From the NCBI GenBank assembly GCA_033764015.1, contig JANRJK010000017.1:64001-128000 (forward strand): a stretch of DNA of 64,000 bases. The letters run 5' to 3'. The notes beneath the pieces are model-generated. The model was not told where the DNA came from. It did not search any database and saw only the letters and a program-made list of their open reading frames with translations. Numbering within the stretch: the first letter of the stretch is position 1; each line of letters opens with the position of its first letter. The stretch is from Candidatus Sumerlaeia bacterium. Its GTDB lineage: Bacteria; Sumerlaeota; Sumerlaeia; SLMS01; JANRJK01. Shown here piece after piece: positions 30,915-38,725 of this stretch. Both the position numbers and the translations under genes were made by a program.

Positions 30915-31306
30915 CCGAACACGTCCCAGCCCTTGTCTTGTGGAGGCGCGGCTGGCGCCTTTGGGAGGGGCGTTTGCTGCTTGGGGATCGGCTTCGAGGA
31001 TGCCCGTTGCGGCAGCACGGGCGTCGCGGGGATTACGACCGCCCGACGCTCCAGTTCCGGCTCGAGCGCGGCGTAGCTTTCCTCGGCCTTGCGCGGGGCG
31101 ATGGCGGGCATGCGCGGTGACGCGGACGACGGGTCGCGCTCCTCCGCTTCGCCGAAGTCCATGCCGTCGAGTCCTTGGCGGATGCGGCCGGTGGCGGGAT
31201 CGAGCGACTCCTGCGGGAGGCGCTTCCTTGTCACGGAGTCGATGAGTTCCCTGATCTTTGCGAACACGGGGTTTGTCCTATCCAATGGCGATGGGAACTG
31301 CGCCAT
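30911..31306 (-). CDS. Small hypothetical protein (Pro-rich, likely disordered C-terminal half)
   Basis: MAQFPSPLDRTNPVFAKIRELIDSV...; fills the operon with an ATGA overlap to parA. Confidence 0.6.
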   Translation of the reverse strand: MAQFPSPLDRTNPVFAKIRELIDSVTRKRLPQESLDPATGRIRQGLDGMDFGEAEERDPSSASPRMPAIAPRKAEESYAALEPELERRAVVIPATPVLPQRASSKPIPKQQTPLPKAPAAPPQDKGWDVFG

Positions 31307-32045
31307 CGCTCTCGAAGTTTGTGTAGCGGAAAGCCAGGAACTCGCCGCGTGCTTCGTCGCAGCGTTCGAGCACGATGTCGATGGAGGGGCGCTCCGCCGG
31401 CGCGGTGGCGCGCATGGCGAGCGTGAAGCGGTCGACGCGTCCGAGCAGCGGCGCCAAGGAGGCGCCGGGGTCGTCGACGCGGCGGCGCAGCTCGTCGAGG
31501 ACCGCGCCAAGCGCGAAGACGTCCTCCGCGGGGGATCGCTCGCCGCACTTCGCCTCCGGTGCCGCGTAGGCCTCGGTGCAAAAGCGGTGTCGCGTGCCGG
31601 AGCGCAGGTCGATCGCCAGGCCGAAGTCGGAAAGCACCCACTCCTCCGCGCGGGTGTTGCGGCGGAGGAGGATGTTCCCTGGCTTCACGTCGCAGTGGAC
31701 GATGCCGTGGCGGTGCAGTTCGGCGAGCGCGGAAGCGATTTGCTGCCATACTTCGAAGAGCGTCTCAAGCCCGGCGACGGGACGCCGTTCGAGGTAGGCG
31801 CGGAGCGAGCCGCCCGCGCAGAACTCGAGGTAGAGGCGCCGCGCGTCGGGGGTGTCCTCGAAGCCGAGCAGCTCGACGATGTGCGGATGGCGGACGCGCG
31901 AAAGCAGCGACAGCTCGCGGTGGAAGGCGCGCGCGGAGCCGGGCGCGAACTCCTTGGCGGCCTGCGGCCCCGCGGGCGTTTCGACGCGGTAAACCCGCGC
32001 CTCCGCCCCGGCGTCGAGAAAGCGCACCCGCGCGTTGCTATCCAC
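31278..32045 (-). CDS. Stand-alone Ser/Thr protein kinase
   Basis: AAKEF, HPHIV, HCDVKPGN, DFG, YAAPE, DVFALG. Confidence 0.88.
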   Translation of the reverse strand: MDSNARVRFLDAGAEARVYRVETPAGPQAAKEFAPGSARAFHRELSLLSRVRHPHIVELLGFEDTPDARRLYLEFCAGGSLRAYLERRPVAGLETLFEVWQQIASALAELHRHGIVHCDVKPGNILLRRNTRAEEWVLSDFGLAIDLRSGTRHRFCTEAYAAPEAKCGERSPAEDVFALGAVLDELRRRVDDPGASLAPLLGRVDRFTLAMRATAPAERPSIDIVLERCDEARGEFLAFRYTNFESDGAVPIAIG

Positions 32046-32718
32046 GGCGGTTCAACTGCTCCGTGTCCGAGTCGCTCACGAACGCGCCGCCCATCGGGAG
32101 GACCCCGGCCAGCACGTCCTCGTGAGTGCCTCCCTCGGCGATGATGTTGCGGGCCGTTTGCAGCCGCGCCGCGATGCCGACGAGGAACATGCAGTGAGGC
32201 GCGCCGGTGGCCGAGCAGGCGGTCTCGACGCACTCGACGTCGGGGCGCTCGGAGACGTGCGCGATGAACTGGCCCAGGAGGCCGGCAACGATCATGTCAA
32301 CCGGCTGCCGCGACGGGCCGGTGATCTCGACGAACGCGCTGTTCTCGAGCTTCGCGACGATGTAGCCGTGCTCCGCGTGCTGCAGGTCGATGGTGAGCAG
32401 CCCCCAGCCGTGGTAGCGGAAGAACGCCTCGAGCAGATTCATGAACTCCCGCGTGGGCAGCTCGTGGAGCGGGCGCCCGTAGAAGTCCGACATCTCCTTG
32501 TGGAAGCGCTTGGCGACGCGCTTCCCCCAGATGCGTCCGGACTGGAGCATGATCTCGCGCCACGCGTCGCCGGTCTCCTCCTCGAGCACCTGCTTGAGCG
32601 CCAGGAGGAACTCGCTCGGCATGAAGCAGAGCTTCGTCTTCGACCGGTTGTGGACCGTACCGCGGCGCAGGTCGTGGATGAAGTAGTCCGTCTCGAAGAA
32701 GGGAACGGGCTGGATCAC
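32038..32718 (-). CDS. V4R domain protein
   Basis: GWGLLTID, ENSAF, AGLLGQF, ETACSATGAPHCMFLVG; GTG start overlapping the upstream TGA. Confidence 0.88.
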   Translation of the reverse strand: MIQPVPFFETDYFIHDLRRGTVHNRSKTKLCFMPSEFLLALKQVLEEETGDAWREIMLQSGRIWGKRVAKRFHKEMSDFYGRPLHELPTREFMNLLEAFFRYHGWGLLTIDLQHAEHGYIVAKLENSAFVEITGPSRQPVDMIVAGLLGQFIAHVSERPDVECVETACSATGAPHCMFLVGIAARLQTARNIIAEGGTHEDVLAGVLPMGGAFVSDSDTEQLNRRG

Positions 32719-33209
32719 GTGAGGACGGACTCCGCGGGGAGGATCTTTTCGGCGAGGGCGAGGTAGGGATCGAGGAGTTGCGCGGCGGCGGCGGGGAGCT
32801 GCTTCGACGCCTCCTTGCGCAGGAGGGCGTAGGTGAACGCGATGGAGCCCTCGGGAAACGCAAGCGCCTGGATGATGGTGCGCATCCAGAGGAGCAGCTT
32901 GTTCTCGTACACCGTCGGATCGCCCGCGAGCATCGCGAGGACCGCGTAGTGGTACACGCCGCCGACGTCGCGGTAGCACTTGGCGGGGCCGTATCCGGCG
33001 CGCCCCGTGACGAAATCGAAGCGGCGCAGGACCGTGTCGACGGTGGCCTTCACGACGGCGGCCTCCGCGGCGGCCGCGGCGCGGGCGGCGGCGACGCGCT
33101 GCGCGAGGTGCGGCTCCTCCGCGAGGATCCGGGTGAAGTCGTCTTCGGTCAACGGGCGGTTGGGCTCGTTCTTGATGACGCGGGCGAGGTGGGTTTGCGG
33201 CTCGGGCAT
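32715..33209 (-). CDS. Phycobiliprotein-like globin (BBAG-like)
   Basis: AKCYRDVGGVYHYAVLAMLAGD matches the phycobiliprotein C-x-R-D chromophore-attachment motif; 164 aa, predicted helical. Confidence 0.85.
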   Translation of the reverse strand: MPEPQTHLARVIKNEPNRPLTEDDFTRILAEEPHLAQRVAAARAAAAAEAAVVKATVDTVLRRFDFVTGRAGYGPAKCYRDVGGVYHYAVLAMLAGDPTVYENKLLLWMRTIIQALAFPEGSIAFTYALLRKEASKQLPAAAAQLLDPYLALAEKILPAESVLT

Positions 33210-33216
33210 GGAGGTC

Positions 33217-33555
33217 TTAGAAGTACTCCTTGAGGATTTCGGCGGAGGAGGGCGCACCGGGCAGGCGAGGCGTCGGATCGGACGCCGCCGCGAGCGTGTA
33301 AGCGGTGGCGGGGGCCGGGACGCCCTCCCAGTTGAAGGCGCGGAAGTACTGCCCGACCGTCTCGACATCGAGGTCCGCCGCCGGGACATGCGTGCGGCGC
33401 TCGCCGGTCCACGGGAAGGCGCGGAAGAACATGCGCGCGGCGAGGTCGAGCGAGAGGCCCTGCTGCGCGGCGGGCTCCGCCGACAGCGCGCTTGCGAGCG
33501 ACGCGGCGGCGCGGCGGAGTGAGGCCGCCTCGGGGATGTTCAGTGCGAGGGCCAT
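33217..33555 (-). CDS. Small hypothetical protein with duplicated (F/Y)FRAFxWxG motif
   Basis: MFFRAFPWTG and QYFRAFNWEG; 1-nt and 7-nt gaps to neighbours. Confidence 0.7.
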   Translation of the reverse strand: MALALNIPEAASLRRAAASLASALSAEPAAQQGLSLDLAARMFFRAFPWTGERRTHVPAADLDVETVGQYFRAFNWEGVPAPATAYTLAAASDPTPRLPGAPSSAEILKEYF

Positions 33556-33556
33556 G

Positions 33557-34219
33557 TCAGGCCAGCCGCTCCAGGACTTCCTGCGCCGTGGCGCCTTCCT
33601 CGACCCAGAACGCCGCTGGATTGATGCGCTTGTCGCTGCCGACCATGAAGCGGCAGACATCGTGGCCGCTCGCGAAGCACTGGATCTCGATCGACGCCAG
33701 CTCCTTCTGCGAGAGGTGCGTCATCAGGCCGCTGAACAGCCCGGCGTACCAGTAGCAGACCGGCTTGCCGAGGCGTTCGAGGCTCTTCGCCACCACGGAC
33801 TCGTAGAGGTCGACGGTGATGATGCCTTGCGACTTCATCGTGAAATCGTACTTCCACGCGCCCCAACCCATCGTGGTGAGCGGCCACCACCACGTTTCGA
33901 GGACGAAGGCCAGGTGCATTCCGGAGACGGGGGTGTTGCCGAACTCCTTCACGATGTTGTCGTTGAAATTGCGCATGTCTTCGAGGGCCCAGCGGTAGCC
34001 GGTCTGGTAGAGGATCGCGCGGGCGGCCTCTTCGCCGATTTCGTGCGACATTCCGGCAAGCACCGCTGCGATGAAGTCCTCCGACAGGGCCACCACACGC
34101 TGGCCATCCTTGCGGCGGATCTCGCCGCTCTCGGGATGGATGTTGAAGAAGTCCTCCGGATCGTAGTAGTTGTGGCGGACTTCCTTGCTGCCGCCTTCCT
34201 TGATGCCGATGACGCTCAT
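33557..34219 (-). CDS. V4R domain protein
   Basis: WWWPLTTMGWGAW, YESVVAKSL, KPVCYWYAGLFSG, EIQCFASGHDVCRFMVG. Confidence 0.92.
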   Translation of the reverse strand: MSVIGIKEGGSKEVRHNYYDPEDFFNIHPESGEIRRKDGQRVVALSEDFIAAVLAGMSHEIGEEAARAILYQTGYRWALEDMRNFNDNIVKEFGNTPVSGMHLAFVLETWWWPLTTMGWGAWKYDFTMKSQGIITVDLYESVVAKSLERLGKPVCYWYAGLFSGLMTHLSQKELASIEIQCFASGHDVCRFMVGSDKRINPAAFWVEEGATAQEVLERLA

Positions 34220-34229
34220 GGGGCGCTCC

Positions 34230-34667
34230 TCAGTTCGATTGGCGAAGTTTGTTGATCACGTACTTGCTGATGATCTGGCCGGCCTTGACGAGGACCCGGC
34301 CGTCGATGGCATCGCAGATGTCGCGCTCGGCCCGCTTGCCGACCATTGCGTCCAGCTCGTCGATACGCTCGATGAAGGTGGCGTTGGGGATGGCCACCTG
34401 CACATCGCCGAGCACGCGCGCCTGGCAGGAGAGCCGGGTATTCGGCTGGCGCGTCGAGAGCATCGCCAGCGCCCGCTCTTCCTTCGCCTCGACCGGTGAC
34501 AGGTTCTCCGCTCCGCCGACCACCAGCACGTGGCAGGTGGCGCAACGCCCGTTGCCGCCGCAGAGCATCGGCACTTCGAGGTGCATCGCGAGCAGGCCCT
34601 CGGCGAGGGGGCTCGACGTCTTGCACTCGACCTTGTCGTAGGTGGGCATCAGTTGGACGGACTTCAT
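34230..34667 (-). CDS. 2Fe-2S ferredoxin with C-terminal extension
   Basis: CGGNGRCATCHV...RLSCQ; extra about 50-aa tail (VGKRAERDI..GRVLVKAGQII). Confidence 0.92.
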   Translation of the reverse strand: MKSVQLMPTYDKVECKTSSPLAEGLLAMHLEVPMLCGGNGRCATCHVLVVGGAENLSPVEAKEERALAMLSTRQPNTRLSCQARVLGDVQVAIPNATFIERIDELDAMVGKRAERDICDAIDGRVLVKAGQIISKYVINKLRQSN

Positions 34668-34748
34668 TGGGGGGCGGGGGGCGGGTCCTGAGGCGCTTGG
34701 AGTAACTCAACTCGAATCGGTCCGGCACCGGACCATTGCGACCCAGAG

Positions 34749-34765
34749 TGCGCCAATCATGCCAA
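34749..34765 (-). promoter_or_regulatory. Candidate sigma54 promoter of the bilin/V4R operon
   Basis: Minus strand TTGGCATGATTGGCGCA, GG-N10-GC, about 80 nt upstream of the ferredoxin ATG; -12 element imperfect. Confidence 0.3.
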
Positions 34766-35026
34766 AGCGCCGCTGATCGGTTGCACCCAAGAGCGAACGG
34801 GCGACCCATTTTGCTGCATCGTCCCGCTCGAACGGTCAAACGAGCGGGCCTAAAGCCTACTTTTTCGCAATCTTGGTTGCTTGAAGCGCGTGCCCCGGCT
34901 GGCGCTACTCCCGAGCCACATGGTGCGTCCGACACTGGCCAAAGTAGCGCACCCGACGCGCCCGCCGCCGAAATGCCCCACCCTGCTTGACGTGACGTCC
35001 CGCCCCGCCACACTTCCGTGCTAAAG

Positions 35027-38000
35027 ATGGCCAGCACCCCCCAATTCCGCACGCTGCTGCTGACGGATCTCGTCGGTAGCACGGCGCTCGTCGAGCGCCT
35101 CGGCGACGCGCGTTCGGGGGAGCTGTTCGCCCGCACCGACCGCGCCGCGCGGGACCTCCTCGCCGCGCACAACGGCCGCGAGATCGACCGCACCGACGGA
35201 TTCCTGCTGCTCTTCGAGCGGCCGATCGACGCGGTGCGCTTCGCGCTCGCGCACCATGCGGCGCTGGCGGCGCTCGGCGTGGAGGCAGGCGAGCCGCTCG
35301 CCGCGCGCACCGGCATCCACTTCGCCGAGGTGGTCCTCCGCGAGAACCCGCCGGCGGACATCGCCCGCGGCGCGAAACCGCTCGAGGTCGAGGGCCTCGC
35401 AAAGCCGCTCGCGGCGCGGGTGATGTCGCTCGCGGAACCGCGCCAGACGCTCCTGACGCGCGCGGCGTTCGACCTTGCGCGGCGCGCCAGCGTGGGCACG
35501 GACGCGGTGCCCGGCGGCGCGCGCTGGGTGGCGCACGGCCCATACCTCTTCAAGGGTGTCGAGGAGCCGATCGAGGTCTTCGAGGCGGGCGTGCCGGGCC
35601 TGGCGCCGCTGAAGGCGCCGGCGGGTTCGGAGAAGGCGCGGCGCGGCCTGCGGCCCGGCGAGGAGGACATGCTCGGCTGGCGCCCCGCGCCCTCGGTCGC
35701 GATTCCGGGGCGCGAGCACTGGGTGCTCGCCGAGCGGCTCGGCGAAGGCGGCTTCGGCGAAGTGTGGCTCGCGCGTCACGCGAAGACGAAGGAGCCGCGC
35801 GTCTTCAAGTTCTGCTTCGACGTGGAGCGCCTCCGCGGCCTCAAGCGCGAGGTGACGCTGTTCCGCCTCCTGAAGGAAACGCTCGGCGACCGCGAGGACA
35901 TTGCGCGCGTGATCGACTGGTCCTTCGAGGCGGCGCCGTTCTTCATCGAGAGCGACTACACCGACGGCGGCGACCTGCTGGACTGGGCGGAGGGGCAGGG
36001 AGGCCTTGGCCAGGTGCCTCTCGCGGTGCGGCTCGAACTCGTCGCGCAGGTGGCGGGGGCCCTGGGCGCGGCGCACTCGGTCGGCGTGCTGCACAAGGAC
36101 ATCAAGCCCTCCAACGTGCTGGTGACCGCCAGGCGCGACGGGCCGCGGGCGCGGCTGGCGGACTTCGGCATCGGCGCGGTGCTGGACCGCTCGCGGCTCG
36201 AGTCGGCGGGCCTCGCGGAGACGAACCTCACGGCAATGTCGATCGTGGCGAGCGCGGCCGGCGCCAGCAGCGGCACGCGCATGTACGCCGCGCCGGAGCT
36301 GCTGGAGGGCAAGCCCGCCACGATCCAGGCGGACATCTATGCGCTCGGCGTGCTGCTCTACCAGCTTGTGGTGGGCGATGCGCGCCGCGCGCTCTCCAGC
36401 GACTGGCGCGAGGAAGTCGCGGACGAGCTGCTGCGCGAGGACATCGCGTGGTGCGTCGCGGGCGACCCGCGCAAGCGGCTCGGCAACGCGGAGCGGCTCG
36501 CGGACCGCCTGCGCACGCTTGAGGCGCGGCGCACGGCCCTCGCGGAGGAGCGGCGCAAGGCGGCGGAGGCCGAAGCGGCCCTGGCATCGCTGGAGCGCTC
36601 GCGCCGGCGGCGCCGGTTCGCAACCGCAGCGGGAGCGGTGGGCGGCATCGTGCTCGTCGTCGTCTCCGTGCTCCTCGTGCAGGCCCAGCGCGCGCGCCGC
36701 GCGGCGGAGGAACAGACGGCCCGCGCCCTCGCCGCCGAAGCCGACGCCCGCAGCGCCCGCGACCGCGCCGACGCCGCTCGCACCGAAGCGGAGGAGCTTG
36801 TCGGGTTCATGGTGGGCGACCTCAGGGCGAAGCTGATTCCCGTCGGCCGCCTCGACATCATGGACGACGTGCTCGCCAGAGTGGATGCCCTGCTGGAGGG
36901 GCGGCGGGGAGAAGGGCTGACCACCCGGGAACGGGATGCGCAGGTCGGGCTGCTGATCGAAATCGTGGATGTGCGGCGAGCGCAGGGGAGGGTGGAGGAG
37001 GCCGACGCCGCAGCCCGCCGCGCGCTCGCCGAAGCGGAGGCACTCGCGTCGCTGGACCCTGCCAACGGGAAGTGGCAGCAACGGTTGGGCATGGCGTGGG
37101 TCCAGATCGCCGACATCCGGCGGGAGCAAGGGAAGCTGGAGGAGTCGTGGGCGGCTGCCGAGCAGTGCCTCGCGATCATGGAGAAGCTGTCACCGTCCGA
37201 CGTGGCGACCGCAACGTGGGCGAACGGGCTCGCCGCGTCGTGGATCATGATGGGAAAGGTCATGAGGGAGAGGGGAAGGCTGCCGGAAGCGCGGGAGGCC
37301 TACGGGAAGATGCGCGCGCTCTACGAGCAGCAGGTCGCTTCGGACCCGGCCAACGCGGAGTCGCAGCGGGGGCTCGCCGTTTCGTGGAACCTGATCGGCG
37401 GAGTGCTCCAGTCCGAAGGCAACCTGGAGGAAGCGAACACGGCGTTCCAGAAGTGCCTCGGGGTCTTCGAGCGGCTGGCGGAGGCGGACCCGGCCAACGC
37501 GGAGTGGCAGCGAGAGCTTGGCATTTCCTGGAACCGTATCGGCGGGATCCACGAGACGCAGGGGAAGCTCGATGAGGCCCAGGAGGCGTTCGGGAAGGCC
37601 CACGCGATCGCCGAGAAGCTGGTAGCGTCGGACCCAACGAACGCCGGCTGGCAGAACGAGCTGGCCCTTTCGTGGGCCCTGCTGGCAGGAATCAGGGAGG
37701 CTCAGGGACAGCTCGATCTGGCGCAGGAGGCCTCGGAGAGAAGCCACACCATCTACTCGAAGCTGGCGGCATCCGACCCGGCGAATCCGGGGGGGCAGCG
37801 AGACCTCGGTAACTCGTGGAACTGGATCGGCGACATCCTCGAGGCGCAGGGGAAACAGGAGGAGGCTCAGGAGGCGTTCGGTAAGAGTCTCGCGATCTTC
37901 GAGAAGCTGGCGGCGTCGGACCCGACGAACGCGAGGTGGCAGCGAGACCTCGGTGTTTCGTGGAGCCGCATCGGCGGCATCCTCGAGGCGCAGGGGAAGC

Positions 38001-38287
38001 TCGACGAAGCCCGGCAGGCCTACCTCTCCGCGGTCAAGGCACTCGACGCTGGAGGAGGAGCGGCGCGCTATAGGCCCAAGACCAAAGTCAGAGCCGCGCG
38101 CGCCTACCTGCGTGTGGGCCGCCCCGAGGACGCTCGGGGAATCCTGCAGGGAGTCCTTGAGTTGGGAGCAGCGGCGAACCTTCCCGCGCTCGAGGCCGCC
38201 ATCCTCACCGACCTCTGCGCGGAACTCGGCATCGAGGTGCCGCCAGCCGCCTCGCCGGACGCGCCTGCCTCCCCGGGGAATCCCTGA
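35027..38287 (+). CDS. Class III nucleotide cyclase-like domain + Ser/Thr kinase + TM + TPR protein (paralog 2)
   Basis: LLLTDLVGST/EIDRTDGF; GEGGFGEVW, HKDIKPSN, DFG, YAAPE; TM helix; 48-aa DPxNAxWQRxL repeats. Confidence 0.9.
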   Translation: MASTPQFRTLLLTDLVGSTALVERLGDARSGELFARTDRAARDLLAAHNGREIDRTDGFLLLFERPIDAVRFALAHHAALAALGVEAGEPLAARTGIHFAEVVLRENPPADIARGAKPLEVEGLAKPLAARVMSLAEPRQTLLTRAAFDLARRASVGTDAVPGGARWVAHGPYLFKGVEEPIEVFEAGVPGLAPLKAPAGSEKARRGLRPGEEDMLGWRPAPSVAIPGREHWVLAERLGEGGFGEVWLARHAKTKEPRVFKFCFDVERLRGLKREVTLFRLLKETLGDREDIARVIDWSFEAAPFFIESDYTDGGDLLDWAEGQGGLGQVPLAVRLELVAQVAGALGAAHSVGVLHKDIKPSNVLVTARRDGPRARLADFGIGAVLDRSRLESAGLAETNLTAMSIVASAAGASSGTRMYAAPELLEGKPATIQADIYALGVLLYQLVVGDARRALSSDWREEVADELLREDIAWCVAGDPRKRLGNAERLADRLRTLEARRTALAEERRKAAEAEAALASLERSRRRRRFATAAGAVGGIVLVVVSVLLVQAQRARRAAEEQTARALAAEADARSARDRADAARTEAEELVGFMVGDLRAKLIPVGRLDIMDDVLARVDALLEGRRGEGLTTRERDAQVGLLIEIVDVRRAQGRVEEADAAARRALAEAEALASLDPANGKWQQRLGMAWVQIADIRREQGKLEESWAAAEQCLAIMEKLSPSDVATATWANGLAASWIMMGKVMRERGRLPEAREAYGKMRALYEQQVASDPANAESQRGLAVSWNLIGGVLQSEGNLEEANTAFQKCLGVFERLAEADPANAEWQRELGISWNRIGGIHETQGKLDEAQEAFGKAHAIAEKLVASDPTNAGWQNELALSWALLAGIREAQGQLDLAQEASERSHTIYSKLAASDPANPGGQRDLGNSWNWIGDILEAQGKQEEAQEAFGKSLAIFEKLAASDPTNARWQRDLGVSWSRIGGILEAQGKLDEARQAYLSAVKALDAGGGAARYRPKTKVRAARAYLRVGRPEDARGILQGVLELGAAANLPALEAAILTDLCAELGIEVPPAASPDAPASPGNP
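37040..38040 (+). repeat. Coding tandem repeats, about 144 nt (48 aa) TPR-like units
   Basis: About 7 units like LAASDPTNARWQRDLGVSWSRIGGILEAQGKLDEA; recurring DNA such as GACCCGGCCAACGCGGAGT and GCAGCGAGACCTCGGT; boundaries approximate. Confidence 0.75.
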
Positions 38288-38429
38288 CTTTCCACCTTCC
38301 CAAGATCGACCGCTCCACGTCCGGAGATCATCCGCGCATCATCCCCGGATCAACCGGTGGTGGGCCGGTGAGGGTTCGGGGCCGGTTGCACCGGGTATCC
38401 CCGGAGAAGCGGCGCTGCGAGTCCCCGCG

Positions 38430-38666
38430 CTACTCCCCGACCGCTTCCTCCGCCACCAGCTCCCAGTCCTTTTCCAGCACCTTGCGCGTTTGGCGTTCGG
38501 CTTGTTCCGGGGTGGTGCCGTAGAAGGTGGGCGCGGCGGGGGCGTCGGCGGAGCCGTCGAGGGAGTCGATCTTCGAGACGAAGTGGCCGTCCTCTTCGTA
38601 GATGTGGAGGACCACTTCGCGGCGCGAGCCGTTGTCGAGGTGTTCGTAGGTGAGCTTCTTGCGCAT
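38430..38666 (-). CDS. Small hypothetical protein
   Basis: MRKKLTYEHLDNGSRREVVLHIYEE..., strong GGAGGAG RBS, typical codon usage. Confidence 0.7.
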   Translation of the reverse strand: MRKKLTYEHLDNGSRREVVLHIYEEDGHFVSKIDSLDGSADAPAAPTFYGTTPEQAERQTRKVLEKDWELVAEEAVGE

Positions 38667-38725
38667 GGGCGGTCTCCTCCTGAGGAGGCCAGTCTGCACG
38701 CGGGGGCGGCCCGGCGCAAGCCGGG

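Noticed and set aside
32715..33209. Phycobilisome or photosynthesis locus
   Set aside because: Single globin with no alpha/beta pair, linker, lyase or photosystem genes; context fits BBAG/V4R clusters.
37040..38040. CRISPR-like repeat array
   Set aside because: Repeats are in-frame, degenerate 144-nt coding units of a TPR region; no cas genes.
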